From positions 2,304,001 through 2,368,000 of the forward strand of contig CBDAOB010000005.1 in the NCBI GenBank assembly GCA_965197905.1: 64,000 nt of DNA. Direction: 5' to 3'. A program made the position numbers and the translations under genes. Source of the DNA: Candidatus Latescibacterota bacterium. Its GTDB lineage: Bacteria > Latescibacterota > UBA2968 > UBA8231. This document shows positions 48,377 to 58,242 of the stretch, piece by piece (position 1 is the first letter of the stretch; each line of letters begins with the position of its first letter). Under the pieces are notes generated by a model. That model was not told the DNA's origin, ran no database searches, and worked only from the letters and a program-made list of their open reading frames with translations.

Positions 48377-48673
48377 GTGACCGTATGGCATCTCTACGTC
48401 GTCCGAACCGGGCGAGGCGCTCTGTACACCGGCATCGCCACCGACGTCGAGCGGCGGCTGAGCGAACACAGGTGCGGAATCGGGGCGAAGTACTTGCGGT
48501 CGCGCGGCCCGTTGGATCTGGTTTATCAAGCGGCAGTTGGAGATCGCTCCACCGCGCTGCGAATCGAAGGCGCGCTCAAGAAGCTGCGGAAAGAGCACAA
48601 AGAGGCGATTGTTTCCAGACAACCTACGGCATCTGAGCTCGCACAGTTGCTGGGGATTACTACAGGCGATTAG
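48377..48673 (+). CDS. GIY-YIG nuclease family protein (YhbQ/UPF0213-like)
   Basis: LYTGIATDVERRL.EH, GAKYLRSRGP, ALRIE..LK. Confidence 0.9.
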   Translation: MTVWHLYVVRTGRGALYTGIATDVERRLSEHRCGIGAKYLRSRGPLDLVYQAAVGDRSTALRIEGALKKLRKEHKEAIVSRQPTASELAQLLGITTGD

Positions 48674-48724
48674 CGGTCATCAAGGCCGGATCGAGAGTCT
48701 TGTACCTATCCATGGAGGTTTGAG

Positions 48725-49159
48725 ATGCAACCTGAGATACTGATCAATCACCTCGCAGTCATCGTCTGCGTTGCGGTCGCCATGCCGCTGGGATATCTCT
48801 GGTACGGGCCCATTTTCGGGAAGGCGTGGGCGAGCCAGATGGGTATGGATCACGAAGAGCAGCCGGAAGGCATGGCAAAGTCGCTGATCCTCTATGCCGT
48901 CGGCGCCTTTCTCATCGCGTTCGTCCTGGCACACAGCATCGAGGCCTGGCAGCCGACCACCTGGGGAGCAGGGGAAGATTCCGCGCCATGGGTCTACGGC
49001 CTGAACGCCGCCGTTTGGACCTGGATAGGATTCTTCGTGCCGCTGCAGATCGGTCGGGTGGCATGGGAAAAGAGAGGGTGGGGGCTGGTTGCCATCAATT
49101 CCAGCTTCGACCTGGTTCGGCTGCTGATATTTGGTATGATACTCGCTTACTGGCAATAG
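48725..49159 (+). CDS. DUF1761-like 4-TM membrane protein
   Basis: INHLAV, GYLWYGPIFGKAW; GGAGG RBS. Confidence 0.8.
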   Translation: MQPEILINHLAVIVCVAVAMPLGYLWYGPIFGKAWASQMGMDHEEQPEGMAKSLILYAVGAFLIAFVLAHSIEAWQPTTWGAGEDSAPWVYGLNAAVWTWIGFFVPLQIGRVAWEKRGWGLVAINSSFDLVRLLIFGMILAYWQ

Positions 49160-49187
49160 TCACGTCACGTTTGCCCTGGAGCTCTGT

Positions 49188-49715
49188 TTGGATCCGACCC
49201 TCGAAACGCCGCGGCTCGAATTGCGACCCTTGGCTTTGTCCGATGTCGATGCGATATACGCCTACCGAGCGGACGCCGACGTGATGCAGTACATGGGCGG
49301 CGCCGACCGATCGATCGGAGATTCCCGCGAAGCGCTTGAGAAGTACTGCCGCTATCAACGCATGTACGGCTTCAGCAGATGGGCTATGGTCCACAAGGAG
49401 ACCGGTGAATTCGTCGGAGATTCCGGTCTTCTCCCCATGGACGGAACGCAAGAGTTCGAATTGGGCTACCGCTTGGCGAAGGAATTTTGGTCAATGGGTC
49501 TCGCCACCGAATGCGGAAGAGCCTGGCTCGATGCCGCGTTTACCCGGTTTGGATTGAGGACCGTGATCGCCTTTGCCGATGAGCGGCATACCGCTTCGCT
49601 CCGGGTTATGCAGAAGCTGGGCATGAAGTTTGACAAGCAGGCGCATATCGCGGACATGGACTGTCACGTATATCGACTCAATCGAGGGATATACCCGCTC
49701 GAGCTGCACATGTAG
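49188..49715 (+). CDS. GNAT N-acetyltransferase (RimJ/RimL type)
   Basis: LETPRLELRP, ELGYRL, WSMGLATE, SLRVMQKLGM. Confidence 0.88.
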   Translation: MDPTLETPRLELRPLALSDVDAIYAYRADADVMQYMGGADRSIGDSREALEKYCRYQRMYGFSRWAMVHKETGEFVGDSGLLPMDGTQEFELGYRLAKEFWSMGLATECGRAWLDAAFTRFGLRTVIAFADERHTASLRVMQKLGMKFDKQAHIADMDCHVYRLNRGIYPLELHM

Positions 49716-49766
49716 CTGGCTCAAGCAGCCGGGCCTCATGCAGGCTGGAGGTTTCGAAGATCGAGT

Positions 49767-50213
49767 TTGACTTCACTTCTGGATATCGCCGTCCGCTCCG
49801 CTTCGAGATCAACGATGAAACGGCTGAGCCAATGCCGACTGTCGCCCGAGGACGGATTGGACGGAGATTTCCGCGGGCGCTCGGTAAATCGTCAGGTGAC
49901 CGTTCTGGCCCTGGAGGATTGGCGCGAGGTTTGTTCCGAACTGGGGGTGGATCTGCCCTGGACGACTCGTCGTGCCAACCTTCTCATTGAAGGCGTTTCG
50001 CTTTTCGATACGGCTGGCACGAACTTGCACATAGGAGCCGCCATTCTAGAGATCACCGGCGAGACTGAACCGTGCGCACGCATGGAGGAGTACCGCAGTG
50101 GATTGCGCAACGCCCTGTCATCCGGCTGGCGGGGTGGGGTTTGTTGCCGCGTTGTCGCGGGTGGATTTCTAAACGTCGGCGCATCTGTCGACCTGGGAGG
50201 AGGGCCTTCTTGA
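49767..50213 (+). CDS. MOSC domain protein
   Basis: GLDGD, RQVT, RRANLLIEG, GETEPCARM, RGGVCCRV. Confidence 0.85.
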   Translation: MTSLLDIAVRSASRSTMKRLSQCRLSPEDGLDGDFRGRSVNRQVTVLALEDWREVCSELGVDLPWTTRRANLLIEGVSLFDTAGTNLHIGAAILEITGETEPCARMEEYRSGLRNALSSGWRGGVCCRVVAGGFLNVGASVDLGGGPS

Positions 50214-50214
50214 T

Positions 50215-51099
50215 ATGGTACCCCTGATCAGCAGCATCTGCCAAGGAGCTCTGGGGGTCTGCCAGCTGCCGAGGTTCTGGTGGAAGACGATCACGCGATC
50301 GATCGGCTCCCTCGACCCTGACTATCCCGACTGCAGCGGCGGCCTCGACACCCGGTGCATGGAGGTTCTGGGGTTGCCCCGAGACGAAACATTGAGCTAC
50401 CTGCGGAAAGAGCTGCCCACCTACCTAGAGTTCGAAGCATGGGTGTCGCAACGAACCGGTGAGACCCTGAACACCGCCGCTATCAACCGCTGGAACGACG
50501 CAGTAAACCATAGAGTGCACACCAAACCGGCAAAGATCGCGGAGACCTACGGAGACATCGGCTGGCCATTGGATCAGCGGCACACCGATGCCGTGCTGCT
50601 GAATTCCCTGCAGGACTGGCAGCTGTTCCACAGGCGTGACCTGATGGCTGGAACCCCGGACCTCCGCGCCCCCGTCATTCCCCTCATAAGCAGCATCGAC
50701 CGCGGTACCCTCGGCATCTGCCAACTGCCGCGTACCTGGCTCAAGATATCGCTGCACAGCAAAGGGCTGTTGCATGCGGATTATCCCGCCTGCGGACCAG
50801 GGCTGGATCAGCGGGTACTGGATCTCTTACATCTCGATCGCTCCGAGGTTGTTTCCACCCTATCAGGAAATCGACCTACCTACTTGGAGTTCGAGGATTG
50901 GGTAGCAGCTCGTGGGTCAATCGATGACGAAGCGGTAGCCGCCTGGAACGTTTTCATTCGCGACCGAGTTCACGCAGATGAAAAGCGATCCGATATCCAT
51001 GCCACCCTGGACCGCAAGGACGACGGCACACTGCAGTCGGCGGTTTTGTTGAATCATCTCGAAGACTGGCACCTGGCGCGGCGATCGCTAACGGCTTGA
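50215..51099 (+). CDS. Tandem DUF5069-like domain protein
   Basis: Two ~150-aa repeats: PLISS...G.LG.CQLPR.W.K...DYP.C..GLD...PTYLEFE.WV...AVLLN.L.DW. Confidence 0.7.
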   Translation: MVPLISSICQGALGVCQLPRFWWKTITRSIGSLDPDYPDCSGGLDTRCMEVLGLPRDETLSYLRKELPTYLEFEAWVSQRTGETLNTAAINRWNDAVNHRVHTKPAKIAETYGDIGWPLDQRHTDAVLLNSLQDWQLFHRRDLMAGTPDLRAPVIPLISSIDRGTLGICQLPRTWLKISLHSKGLLHADYPACGPGLDQRVLDLLHLDRSEVVSTLSGNRPTYLEFEDWVAARGSIDDEAVAAWNVFIRDRVHADEKRSDIHATLDRKDDGTLQSAVLLNHLEDWHLARRSLTA

Positions 51100-53095
51100 C
51101 GAATCGCGATCTCGGCCCAATGAGCGGAATCCCACCCACCCCCGAGTCAGCTTCATCCCGACCCCATCTACTAATTTCCCCTGCCGCCGAAGGTGTCGCT
51201 CTTTCACTGGCCAGCCTGCGGCAGTCGGTGGAATCCAGTAGCGTGCCGCGGGAATTGTGGCGTCAAATTCAGACCGACGCACTGGCGGCGATTGGTGCGG
51301 ATCCGTTGACCGTCTTTACCCCGTTACCAAGCCGCACGCCGGGTGATATCGAGCAGGGAAATGCGGAATACATCATCGTGGATGCCGCAGGGCAGCGGGT
51401 GCTCAAATGCGCCCTCGCCGGCCTGCTCACCGGAGACCGACGGTTTGCCGAAGCTGCTATGGTCCAGATTGCCTGCCTGTTCGACCGCGATGCCTGGCCG
51501 GAGTGGCAGGACCTTTACCACAGGCAAAGTCTGGGGTTGGACGCCGATTTGCGAACCGGTCAGTTGTGCCGGGATCTGGGGATAGCCTACGACTGGCTAC
51601 ACCCGCAGCTGAATGCGGGTGAGCGGCTCCGCATGCTGGAAGGGATCGATCGCTGTAGCATCCAACCGTTCCTGCGATCTATTTCGTGCGATCCTCCCTG
51701 GATGCAGGAATTGAGCAACTGGACGACCTGTATCGTTGGTGGGCTGGGCATCTGCGGCATGGGGTTGAGTTCAGACCATCCTGAATCGGATCGGTTGGTG
51801 GAGCGCGCGGAAACGGTAATGCGCAGCTATCTGCAGCTATACGGAAAGGATGGAGAATTCAATGAGAATCCGGCGTATGCCAACTCGTCGATGGCTCCGA
51901 CGCTGTTCTATTCCGCGTTGCGGTGTCATCGAGGTGACCGGAACTCCACACCCGAGCTCGATATCCTGCACCGCCACTGCTACTGGTGCATCTACGCCAG
52001 CGCCCCTCCGGGCTACGTGGTCGCGTTCGGTGACGGCGGTCCGGACTACCCTGCGCTGACCTCCTTTTTTCCAGCGATCGCAGCCGCCACTGGCGATCCC
52101 ATACTCCAATGGTATTACCTGGGCTACGGATGCCCTGCCCGGTTCCCGGTGTGGGAGCTCGTCTGGTTCGATGCCCGCCTGGAGGCCAAAGCGCCGACCC
52201 CCGACAGCTTACCGTTGGGGCGCGCCTACCGCGACCACTCTGCATTGGTGAGCAGTCGCACCAGCTGGGATCTAGACCGCACCGGCAGCGTGGTTTTCGG
52301 CAAGGGCGGCCACGGAGGTGTCATCCACTCCCATCCTGATGCTGGGCAGGTGGAGATCCACGGTCGCGGCAGGCGGTTGATCGTAGATTTGGGCAAGGTC
52401 CATTATCCTCCTGGAGACGATCGCCGCCCATACTACCACTTCGGCACCGACGGGCACAACGTCGTAACCATCGGCGGGCGCCCCCTCCACTGGGAGAAGC
52501 CCACCGATCGCCGCTCTCGCCTTGTCGCCAGCGAGTTCGACAATACTCGGGGAGGTTGGTGGAGGATCGATTCGACGGAATTACACGACGGCGCGCAACG
52601 GGTGGAGCGTATCGTGGTGCATCTCTTTCCCGGGTTCGTCATCGTCGTCGACCGGGTTGAGCTGGATACCGCGGAAGAGATACGGCTTAGGTGGCACACC
52701 ACAGCCGACCCCGTCATGAGCGCTGACGGTTGTTTCTCGGTTTTTCCTCTACCGACGTAATTCTCAGCTGCAAGGTGACAGCCGAAACGGGGCCGACGCC
52801 GCGGTTCTCGCTAGGTCGGCATGAATACCGCCCGCCGCTGGACCGGGATCGCGTCGGCAACCTGCTTCCCCAGCGGCGAGAACCGTATCTCGATTTTGTG
52901 GTGCGGGAGCAAAAGGTCTGTCTACTCTCCCTGTTTGCCATCGAGCCCGAAGGTGCTGACCCATGCGATTGGTTGGCGATTGCAGATGGTCAGAGATGGC
53001 GGCACGGCAAAGGGGGTGAAGGTACTGAAGTGCGGGTGGGAGCTGGCGAGATATCTGTAGCAGGAGCCTCGGGCTCATGGCAAATATCCATGTGA
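51096..53095 (+). pseudogene. Heparinase II/III-family protein, frameshifted (or sequencing error) at T5 52741-52745
   Basis: SNW, DGEFNE..Y, FGDG, HSHPDAG, HNVV motifs in 51096-52760; reading continues in the -1 frame (ORF 52730-53095). Confidence 0.65.
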
Positions 53096-53182
53096 CCCAA
53101 CGACAGATGCAGAAGCCTAGCTCTTGTGTTACCTTTCTCTGCGCGCGATCGGCAGATATCGATTTTCGACGGAGACCGAAGA

Positions 53183-53932
53183 GTGACCCTTGATGGCCAA
53201 GTTGCCCTCGTTACCGGTGCAGCGGCGGGTATCGGCCGGGCTGCAGCGGTTGCTTTTGCTCGTGAGGGGGCCAGGGTTGTCGTGGCAGATCTCGACGAGG
53301 AACGTGGGCGCGAGACCGTTTCCATCATCGAGAAACAAGCGGGCGAAGCGTTGTTCGTGAAGGCAGACGTGACTCGTGAAGAAGAGGTGATGGCTATGGT
53401 GGGTAGCGCCGTGGCGCACTTCGGCGGTTTGACCTGCGCCTTCAACAACGCCGGGGTGGCGGGGGCCCGCATGCTGACCCATGAGTTCGACGAGGCTGAG
53501 TGGGAGAGGGTCGTCCAGGTCCATATGAAGGGGGTCTGGCTCTGCATGAAACATGAGATAACCCACATGATGGAGCACGGCGGCGCCATCGTCAACACCT
53601 CATCGTTGGCCGGCCTGGTGGGCTACCCCGGCGCCTGCCCCTACGTGGCCGCCAAGCACGGCATTGTCGGCATGAGCAAGTCAGCGGCCCTGGAGTACGC
53701 CGAGCATGGTCTGCGGGTGAACTGCGTGAACCCGGGCTGGACCCGCACTGAGCTCATCAGCTATCTGATCGCCACGCCAGAGGCGGCGCAACAGATAGGA
53801 GAGCGCCATCCTCTGGGACGACTGGCCGAACCTGCTGAAATTGCCGAGGCCGTTGTCTGGCTGTGTTCGGACAGGGCCTCGTTTGTCACGGGTGTTGCTT
53901 TCCCCGTTGATGGTGGATTTGTCGCGCGTTAG
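53183..53932 (+). CDS. SDR family oxidoreductase
   Basis: TGAAAGIG, NNAG, YVAAK (YxxxK), NPG, VDGG; GTG after GGAG. Confidence 0.93.
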   Translation: MTLDGQVALVTGAAAGIGRAAAVAFAREGARVVVADLDEERGRETVSIIEKQAGEALFVKADVTREEEVMAMVGSAVAHFGGLTCAFNNAGVAGARMLTHEFDEAEWERVVQVHMKGVWLCMKHEITHMMEHGGAIVNTSSLAGLVGYPGACPYVAAKHGIVGMSKSAALEYAEHGLRVNCVNPGWTRTELISYLIATPEAAQQIGERHPLGRLAEPAEIAEAVVWLCSDRASFVTGVAFPVDGGFVAR

Positions 53933-53946
53933 CCGGTGAGGAAGAA

Positions 53947-54807
53947 ATGGCAAAACTGAGACTGGCGACCTGCCAGTTCCGGATTGAGAAACGGCCCGCT
54001 CGCAACCTGGTTCAGATCAAACGGCAGATGCGAAACGCCGTGAGGCGGGGCGCACACCTGATTCATTTCTCCGAGGCCTGCTTGACCGGTTACCTGGGCT
54101 CCGAGCTGAAATCGGTCCGTGAAACCGATTGGGATCAAATCCGAGAGCACCTGCAGGAGGTGCGAGAGCTGGCAGCCGACCTGGGGGTTCACGTGGTTTT
54201 AGGCAGCAATCACCGCTTGAGCGGGAATCACAAACCACACAATTCTCTCTACGTAATCGACCACCATGGCCGCATAAGGACCAGGTACGACAAACTCTTC
54301 TGCACCGGATGCGATGACGATGACGGAGACCTGAAACATTACAGCCCCGGCTCCGAGCTCATTACCTTCAAAGTGAAAGAGGTGAAATGCGGCCTGTTGA
54401 TCTGCCACGACTATCGTTATCCCGAGCTTTTCCGGGAGTACAAAAGGCGCGGAGTACAGCTGATGCTGGTGTCCTTCCACAACGCTGGCATGACCGCGAA
54501 ACAGTACCGGCATTATCTCATGTCCGTACCGGTGACGTTGCAAGCCGCGGCGGCCAGCAACTACTATTGGGTGGGCTGCAACAACGGAACTAGGAAATAC
54601 GCCTGGCCCAGCTTCGTCCTCAACCCGGAGGGCTGGATCGTAAACAAAGCCCGGGCGCATCGCGACAGCGTGATCGTCACCAATATCAATACCGATGTTA
54701 AACTTTACGACGCGTCGGCTGCATGGCGAGACCGATGTTTGCGCGGGGTTTTTCATAGTGGCCGCAGCGTCGCGGATAAACGTTCGCGCAACCGCAGCAG
54801 CGTGTAA
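53947..54807 (+). CDS. Carbon-nitrogen hydrolase (nitrilase superfamily)
   Basis: Glu-Lys-Cys triad: FSEA, YDK, ICHDYRYPE. Confidence 0.9.
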   Translation: MAKLRLATCQFRIEKRPARNLVQIKRQMRNAVRRGAHLIHFSEACLTGYLGSELKSVRETDWDQIREHLQEVRELAADLGVHVVLGSNHRLSGNHKPHNSLYVIDHHGRIRTRYDKLFCTGCDDDDGDLKHYSPGSELITFKVKEVKCGLLICHDYRYPELFREYKRRGVQLMLVSFHNAGMTAKQYRHYLMSVPVTLQAAAASNYYWVGCNNGTRKYAWPSFVLNPEGWIVNKARAHRDSVIVTNINTDVKLYDASAAWRDRCLRGVFHSGRSVADKRSRNRSSV

Positions 54808-54866
54808 CGCGAACACTGGGTCACCTATTTCTTATACCCTCCCTCTCTCAACCTGGAGAACCTCCT

Positions 54867-55766
54867 ATGGTCGCCAAACTAGCCCGCGGAATCCTTCCCG
54901 CACTCTGTACCCCTTTCGACGACAGCGGCAGGAACCTGGCCCCGGAACGAATTTCGCCTCTGGTTCGGGCGCTGTTGGACAGAGGTGTCAACGGTTTCTT
55001 TGCTTGCGGCGGAACCGGCGAGGGCGGTGCGATGACGGTCGCCGAACGGAAGCAGATGGCCGAGCTGACTTTGAAGGAGGTGGCGGGGTCGGTTCCGGTA
55101 ATCGTTCAGGTCGGGGCCACCGCAACCGACAACGCGGTGGAACTCGCCAAGCATGCCGCCGCTGCCGGCGCGCCCGCTGTCGGTTCCGTGGCGCCGATAG
55201 ATAACCCCAACAATTTAAAGGCTGCCGCCAAGCACTACTCCGCCATAGGCGCAGCGGTGGACATCCCCTTCTACGTCTACTGGCTCGCGAGAGAGGCGCA
55301 GAATGACATCAGCGCCGATGAATTTCTGGAAGCGATGAGGTCGGTGCCCAATTTTTCGGGCATTAAATTCACCGACACCAACCTTTATTTCTTTCAGCGA
55401 TTGATCGATCTGACGAATGGCGAAATCAACGCCATATCAGGTCCTGACGAAATCTGTCTCGCCGCTATGGTGATGGGCAGCGATGCGGCCATCGGTTCTA
55501 CCTACAACGTCATGCCCAAGATATTCGTCAAGATGCGTCAGGCCTTCGAGACCGGCGATATTCGCCAAGCGATGGATCTGCAACTTCACGCCAACAGAGT
55601 GATCACTGTCCTGATTGCGCATGGGGTAATGGCGTCTATCAAGGCTGTGCTGGGGTGGCGCGGAACCCCGGTTGGTCCTCCCAGGGCACCTCACAAGCCT
55701 CTGGATGAACAGGGAGCGGACAGCCTGCGACGGGCCCTTGAAAATCTGGATTTCGAGGTTTCGTGA
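54867..55766 (+). CDS. DHDPS / N-acetylneuraminate lyase family aldolase
   Basis: PALCTPF, GGTGE, FYVY, IKFT Schiff-base Lys, AIGSTYN. Confidence 0.88.
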   Translation: MVAKLARGILPALCTPFDDSGRNLAPERISPLVRALLDRGVNGFFACGGTGEGGAMTVAERKQMAELTLKEVAGSVPVIVQVGATATDNAVELAKHAAAAGAPAVGSVAPIDNPNNLKAAAKHYSAIGAAVDIPFYVYWLAREAQNDISADEFLEAMRSVPNFSGIKFTDTNLYFFQRLIDLTNGEINAISGPDEICLAAMVMGSDAAIGSTYNVMPKIFVKMRQAFETGDIRQAMDLQLHANRVITVLIAHGVMASIKAVLGWRGTPVGPPRAPHKPLDEQGADSLRRALENLDFEVS

Positions 55767-55788
55767 AACGAACGAGAACAGAGCCCGT

Positions 55789-56715
55789 TCAGCTGGATTC
55801 TGTCTGAACCGTTTCCCAACGGTGGTGCTTGTCAGCGGGCGATTCTGCCTCTAGAGCCTCGACCCACATCCGCGACCATTCCTGGTGATCGGACAGCACC
55901 GATGCCGGATTGGACCGGCTGCGCACCACGAAATCCGGATAAATGGTGCGGCCGGTAGATGTGCCCGTTTGCTGGTAGCGCAGATCCATGCTCCAGCGAA
56001 TGCCGTTGGAGTTGTTGGGGGTGGAGCGGTGGGGAATATTCTTGTGAATCAACACCACACCTCCCTTTTCTATCGGCAGGTCTACCGGTTCTGTGTCGGG
56101 CATTTCGTCTTCACGAATCCGTGTGCCGACCCCGGGGACAATCTGATGATTCAGCAGTCTCCCCTCGTGCACGCGCGGGATGATCTGCATACAGCCGTTC
56201 TCGCGGGTCGCTTTGGTTAACGGAATCCAAACAGTGAGGATGAAGTGTGGATCCGCGTCGTCCATGGTTACGCCGGCATCCTGGTGCCAGGCTGCCACGT
56301 GCGACCCACCTCCGGTGGTTCGAAACAGGCGACTGGGCAACTTCGCCCTCAAGTGTTGGATCGGGCTGCAGATGATCTCCGGACCCACCAGCCCCTCCAC
56401 CAGATCCATAAGGTTTTCGTTACGTAGAAAATCGAAGGTGTGCCGGCCCCGGGCGCGGTACAGGTCGAATAGGTCGTTGGACTGGGCGGCAAGGTCCAGA
56501 TTCTCCTCACACATTCGCGCCAAGCGCGTTTCGAAAGGCTCGTCCTCATACAACGAAGGGATCATACCTTGTTCTAACCACGCCTCCGCCAGGACTCCGG
56601 TATACTCCTCGTACTCGTGGATGATCGGATCCAGGTCGGAGTCGTTGAGGGCGTTTTCGACGACCAGGTATCCCTCTTCTTCGAATCGATCAATCTGCGA
56701 AACGGTTAGCTGCAT
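55789..56715 (-). CDS. Phytanoyl-CoA dioxygenase family Fe(II)/2-oxoglutarate dioxygenase
   Basis: EEGYLVV, WHQD (HxD), NGCM, PHRS, RWSMDLRY. Confidence 0.9.
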   Translation of the reverse strand: MQLTVSQIDRFEEEGYLVVENALNDSDLDPIIHEYEEYTGVLAEAWLEQGMIPSLYEDEPFETRLARMCEENLDLAAQSNDLFDLYRARGRHTFDFLRNENLMDLVEGLVGPEIICSPIQHLRAKLPSRLFRTTGGGSHVAAWHQDAGVTMDDADPHFILTVWIPLTKATRENGCMQIIPRVHEGRLLNHQIVPGVGTRIREDEMPDTEPVDLPIEKGGVVLIHKNIPHRSTPNNSNGIRWSMDLRYQQTGTSTGRTIYPDFVVRSRSNPASVLSDHQEWSRMWVEALEAESPADKHHRWETVQTESS

Positions 56716-56802
56716 GATGTTATTCGGTGTCTACTTGAAGGAGGCATGTTGAAAGGTAGTGGATCCCCCCTTGGCTGACAATCTGACTCCCGACATAAAC
56801 AT

Positions 56803-58218
56803 ATGACGCCCTACCTGCTCGTAGATTTCGGAACCAGCAGCACTAAGTCCGTCTTGGTGGATCTGGATACAGGTGTTTTCCACCATCTCAGACGTTATGG
56901 TACGCTTCCGAAGGTGAATGGACCGGCGTTTCAACACGAGACGCGATTGATCTCCATACGCGATCGCTTCGAGGAGATCTGCCGGCACTACCGATCCAAG
57001 TTGGAGATTCAAATTGCCGGGATCGCTCTCTGCAGTGAGGTGCATGGATTCGCCCTCACAGACGAAATGGGCGAGCCGGCGACGGAGTACATCGGCTGGT
57101 TGGACGAACGGTCGGCGCACCCTGTAGACGGATCAACACCCTACTCCGATATGAGCCCGAGCATGATGGAGGAGTTCGAGATCACCACCGGCATGCGACC
57201 GCAGCCCGGTTTCGCCATCCTCAATCTGGTTCACTTAGCGCGGAGTCGTCCCTTGCCCAACGGACTTCGAGTTCTCTCTCTGCCTTGCTGGCTTTCTATG
57301 ACCAGCGGCGATTCGCGCCAAAAGGTCCACGCCTCCATGTTGGCGGGCATGGGTTTCTATGACATCCAGAGCAGGTCCGAATCCGCGGTCATGCAATCCA
57401 TGATGCAGGAGCTTGGAGGCGGACAGTTCCGACTCAACGATCTGGGAAACGAGGCCGAGATCTCAGGCTACTGGCACCATCGGGGAGAGAAAATACCGAT
57501 CTACACCGGGGTCGGGGATCACCAGTGTGCACTCCTTGGGGCCGGCAACAGACCGAACGAAAGCATCTCGCTGAACCTGGGAACCGGATCCCAGGTCTCG
57601 GTCGTCGCCTCCCATGCCTGCGACTCCGAGCTCGAAACGCGACCCTTCTTTGGCCCCGATCAGCTGAAGACCATTACCCACATTCCGGGCGGTCGCGCCC
57701 TTGCGGAGTACGTGGGTTTCTTGGAGGAAGTAGCCCTGGCCGGAAAGGGTGCAGCCCAAGCCGATTACTGGGCTTTGCTCGCAGAGATTGACGAGGATCA
57801 GCTAAAGCAGGCTTCCCTGACCTTCGATCTGGCGATCCTAAAAGGCGCACGGGGATTTTCCGGAGGTGGCGCCATCGGGGCCATCGGTGCCGGGGAACTC
57901 ACGCTGGACAATTATCTCCGTTCCCTCCTGAACTCCTTTATCCAACAGTACGTAGAGGTTGTGGAACGGTTCGATTCCGCGAGCAAGATCGGGCGTTGCA
58001 TCCTCAGCGGGGGCGTTGCCCGTAACCTTCCGCACCTGGCCGCCATCGTGAGGAACCGCCTTCGCCGGGAGGTGCTGCAGGCAACTGCCGTTGACGAGTC
58101 TCTGTTGGGACTGCGGAGCATCGCCCTGTTGGCAGATGGCAGGGCAGGTACCTACATGGAAGCAATGGCGACGTTTGGTAGAAACTGCAGCCTGGAAGGG
58201 GAAGATGTGGGACTATGA
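56803..58218 (+). CDS. FGGY family carbohydrate kinase (sedoheptulokinase-like)
   Basis: DFGTSSTK, GWLD.R, GDHQC, NLGTGSQ, ETRPF, GGRAL, SGG. Confidence 0.8.
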   Translation: MTPYLLVDFGTSSTKSVLVDLDTGVFHHLRRYGTLPKVNGPAFQHETRLISIRDRFEEICRHYRSKLEIQIAGIALCSEVHGFALTDEMGEPATEYIGWLDERSAHPVDGSTPYSDMSPSMMEEFEITTGMRPQPGFAILNLVHLARSRPLPNGLRVLSLPCWLSMTSGDSRQKVHASMLAGMGFYDIQSRSESAVMQSMMQELGGGQFRLNDLGNEAEISGYWHHRGEKIPIYTGVGDHQCALLGAGNRPNESISLNLGTGSQVSVVASHACDSELETRPFFGPDQLKTITHIPGGRALAEYVGFLEEVALAGKGAAQADYWALLAEIDEDQLKQASLTFDLAILKGARGFSGGGAIGAIGAGELTLDNYLRSLLNSFIQQYVEVVERFDSASKIGRCILSGGVARNLPHLAAIVRNRLRREVLQATAVDESLLGLRSIALLADGRAGTYMEAMATFGRNCSLEGEDVGL

Positions 58219-58242
58219 GACATTGGAACGTCGCGACGGTCT

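Noticed and set aside
48377..48673. GIY-YIG gene as a homing endonuclease or defence system
   Set aside because: It is the short stand-alone YhbQ-like form with no DNA-binding extension, intron or methylase neighbour.
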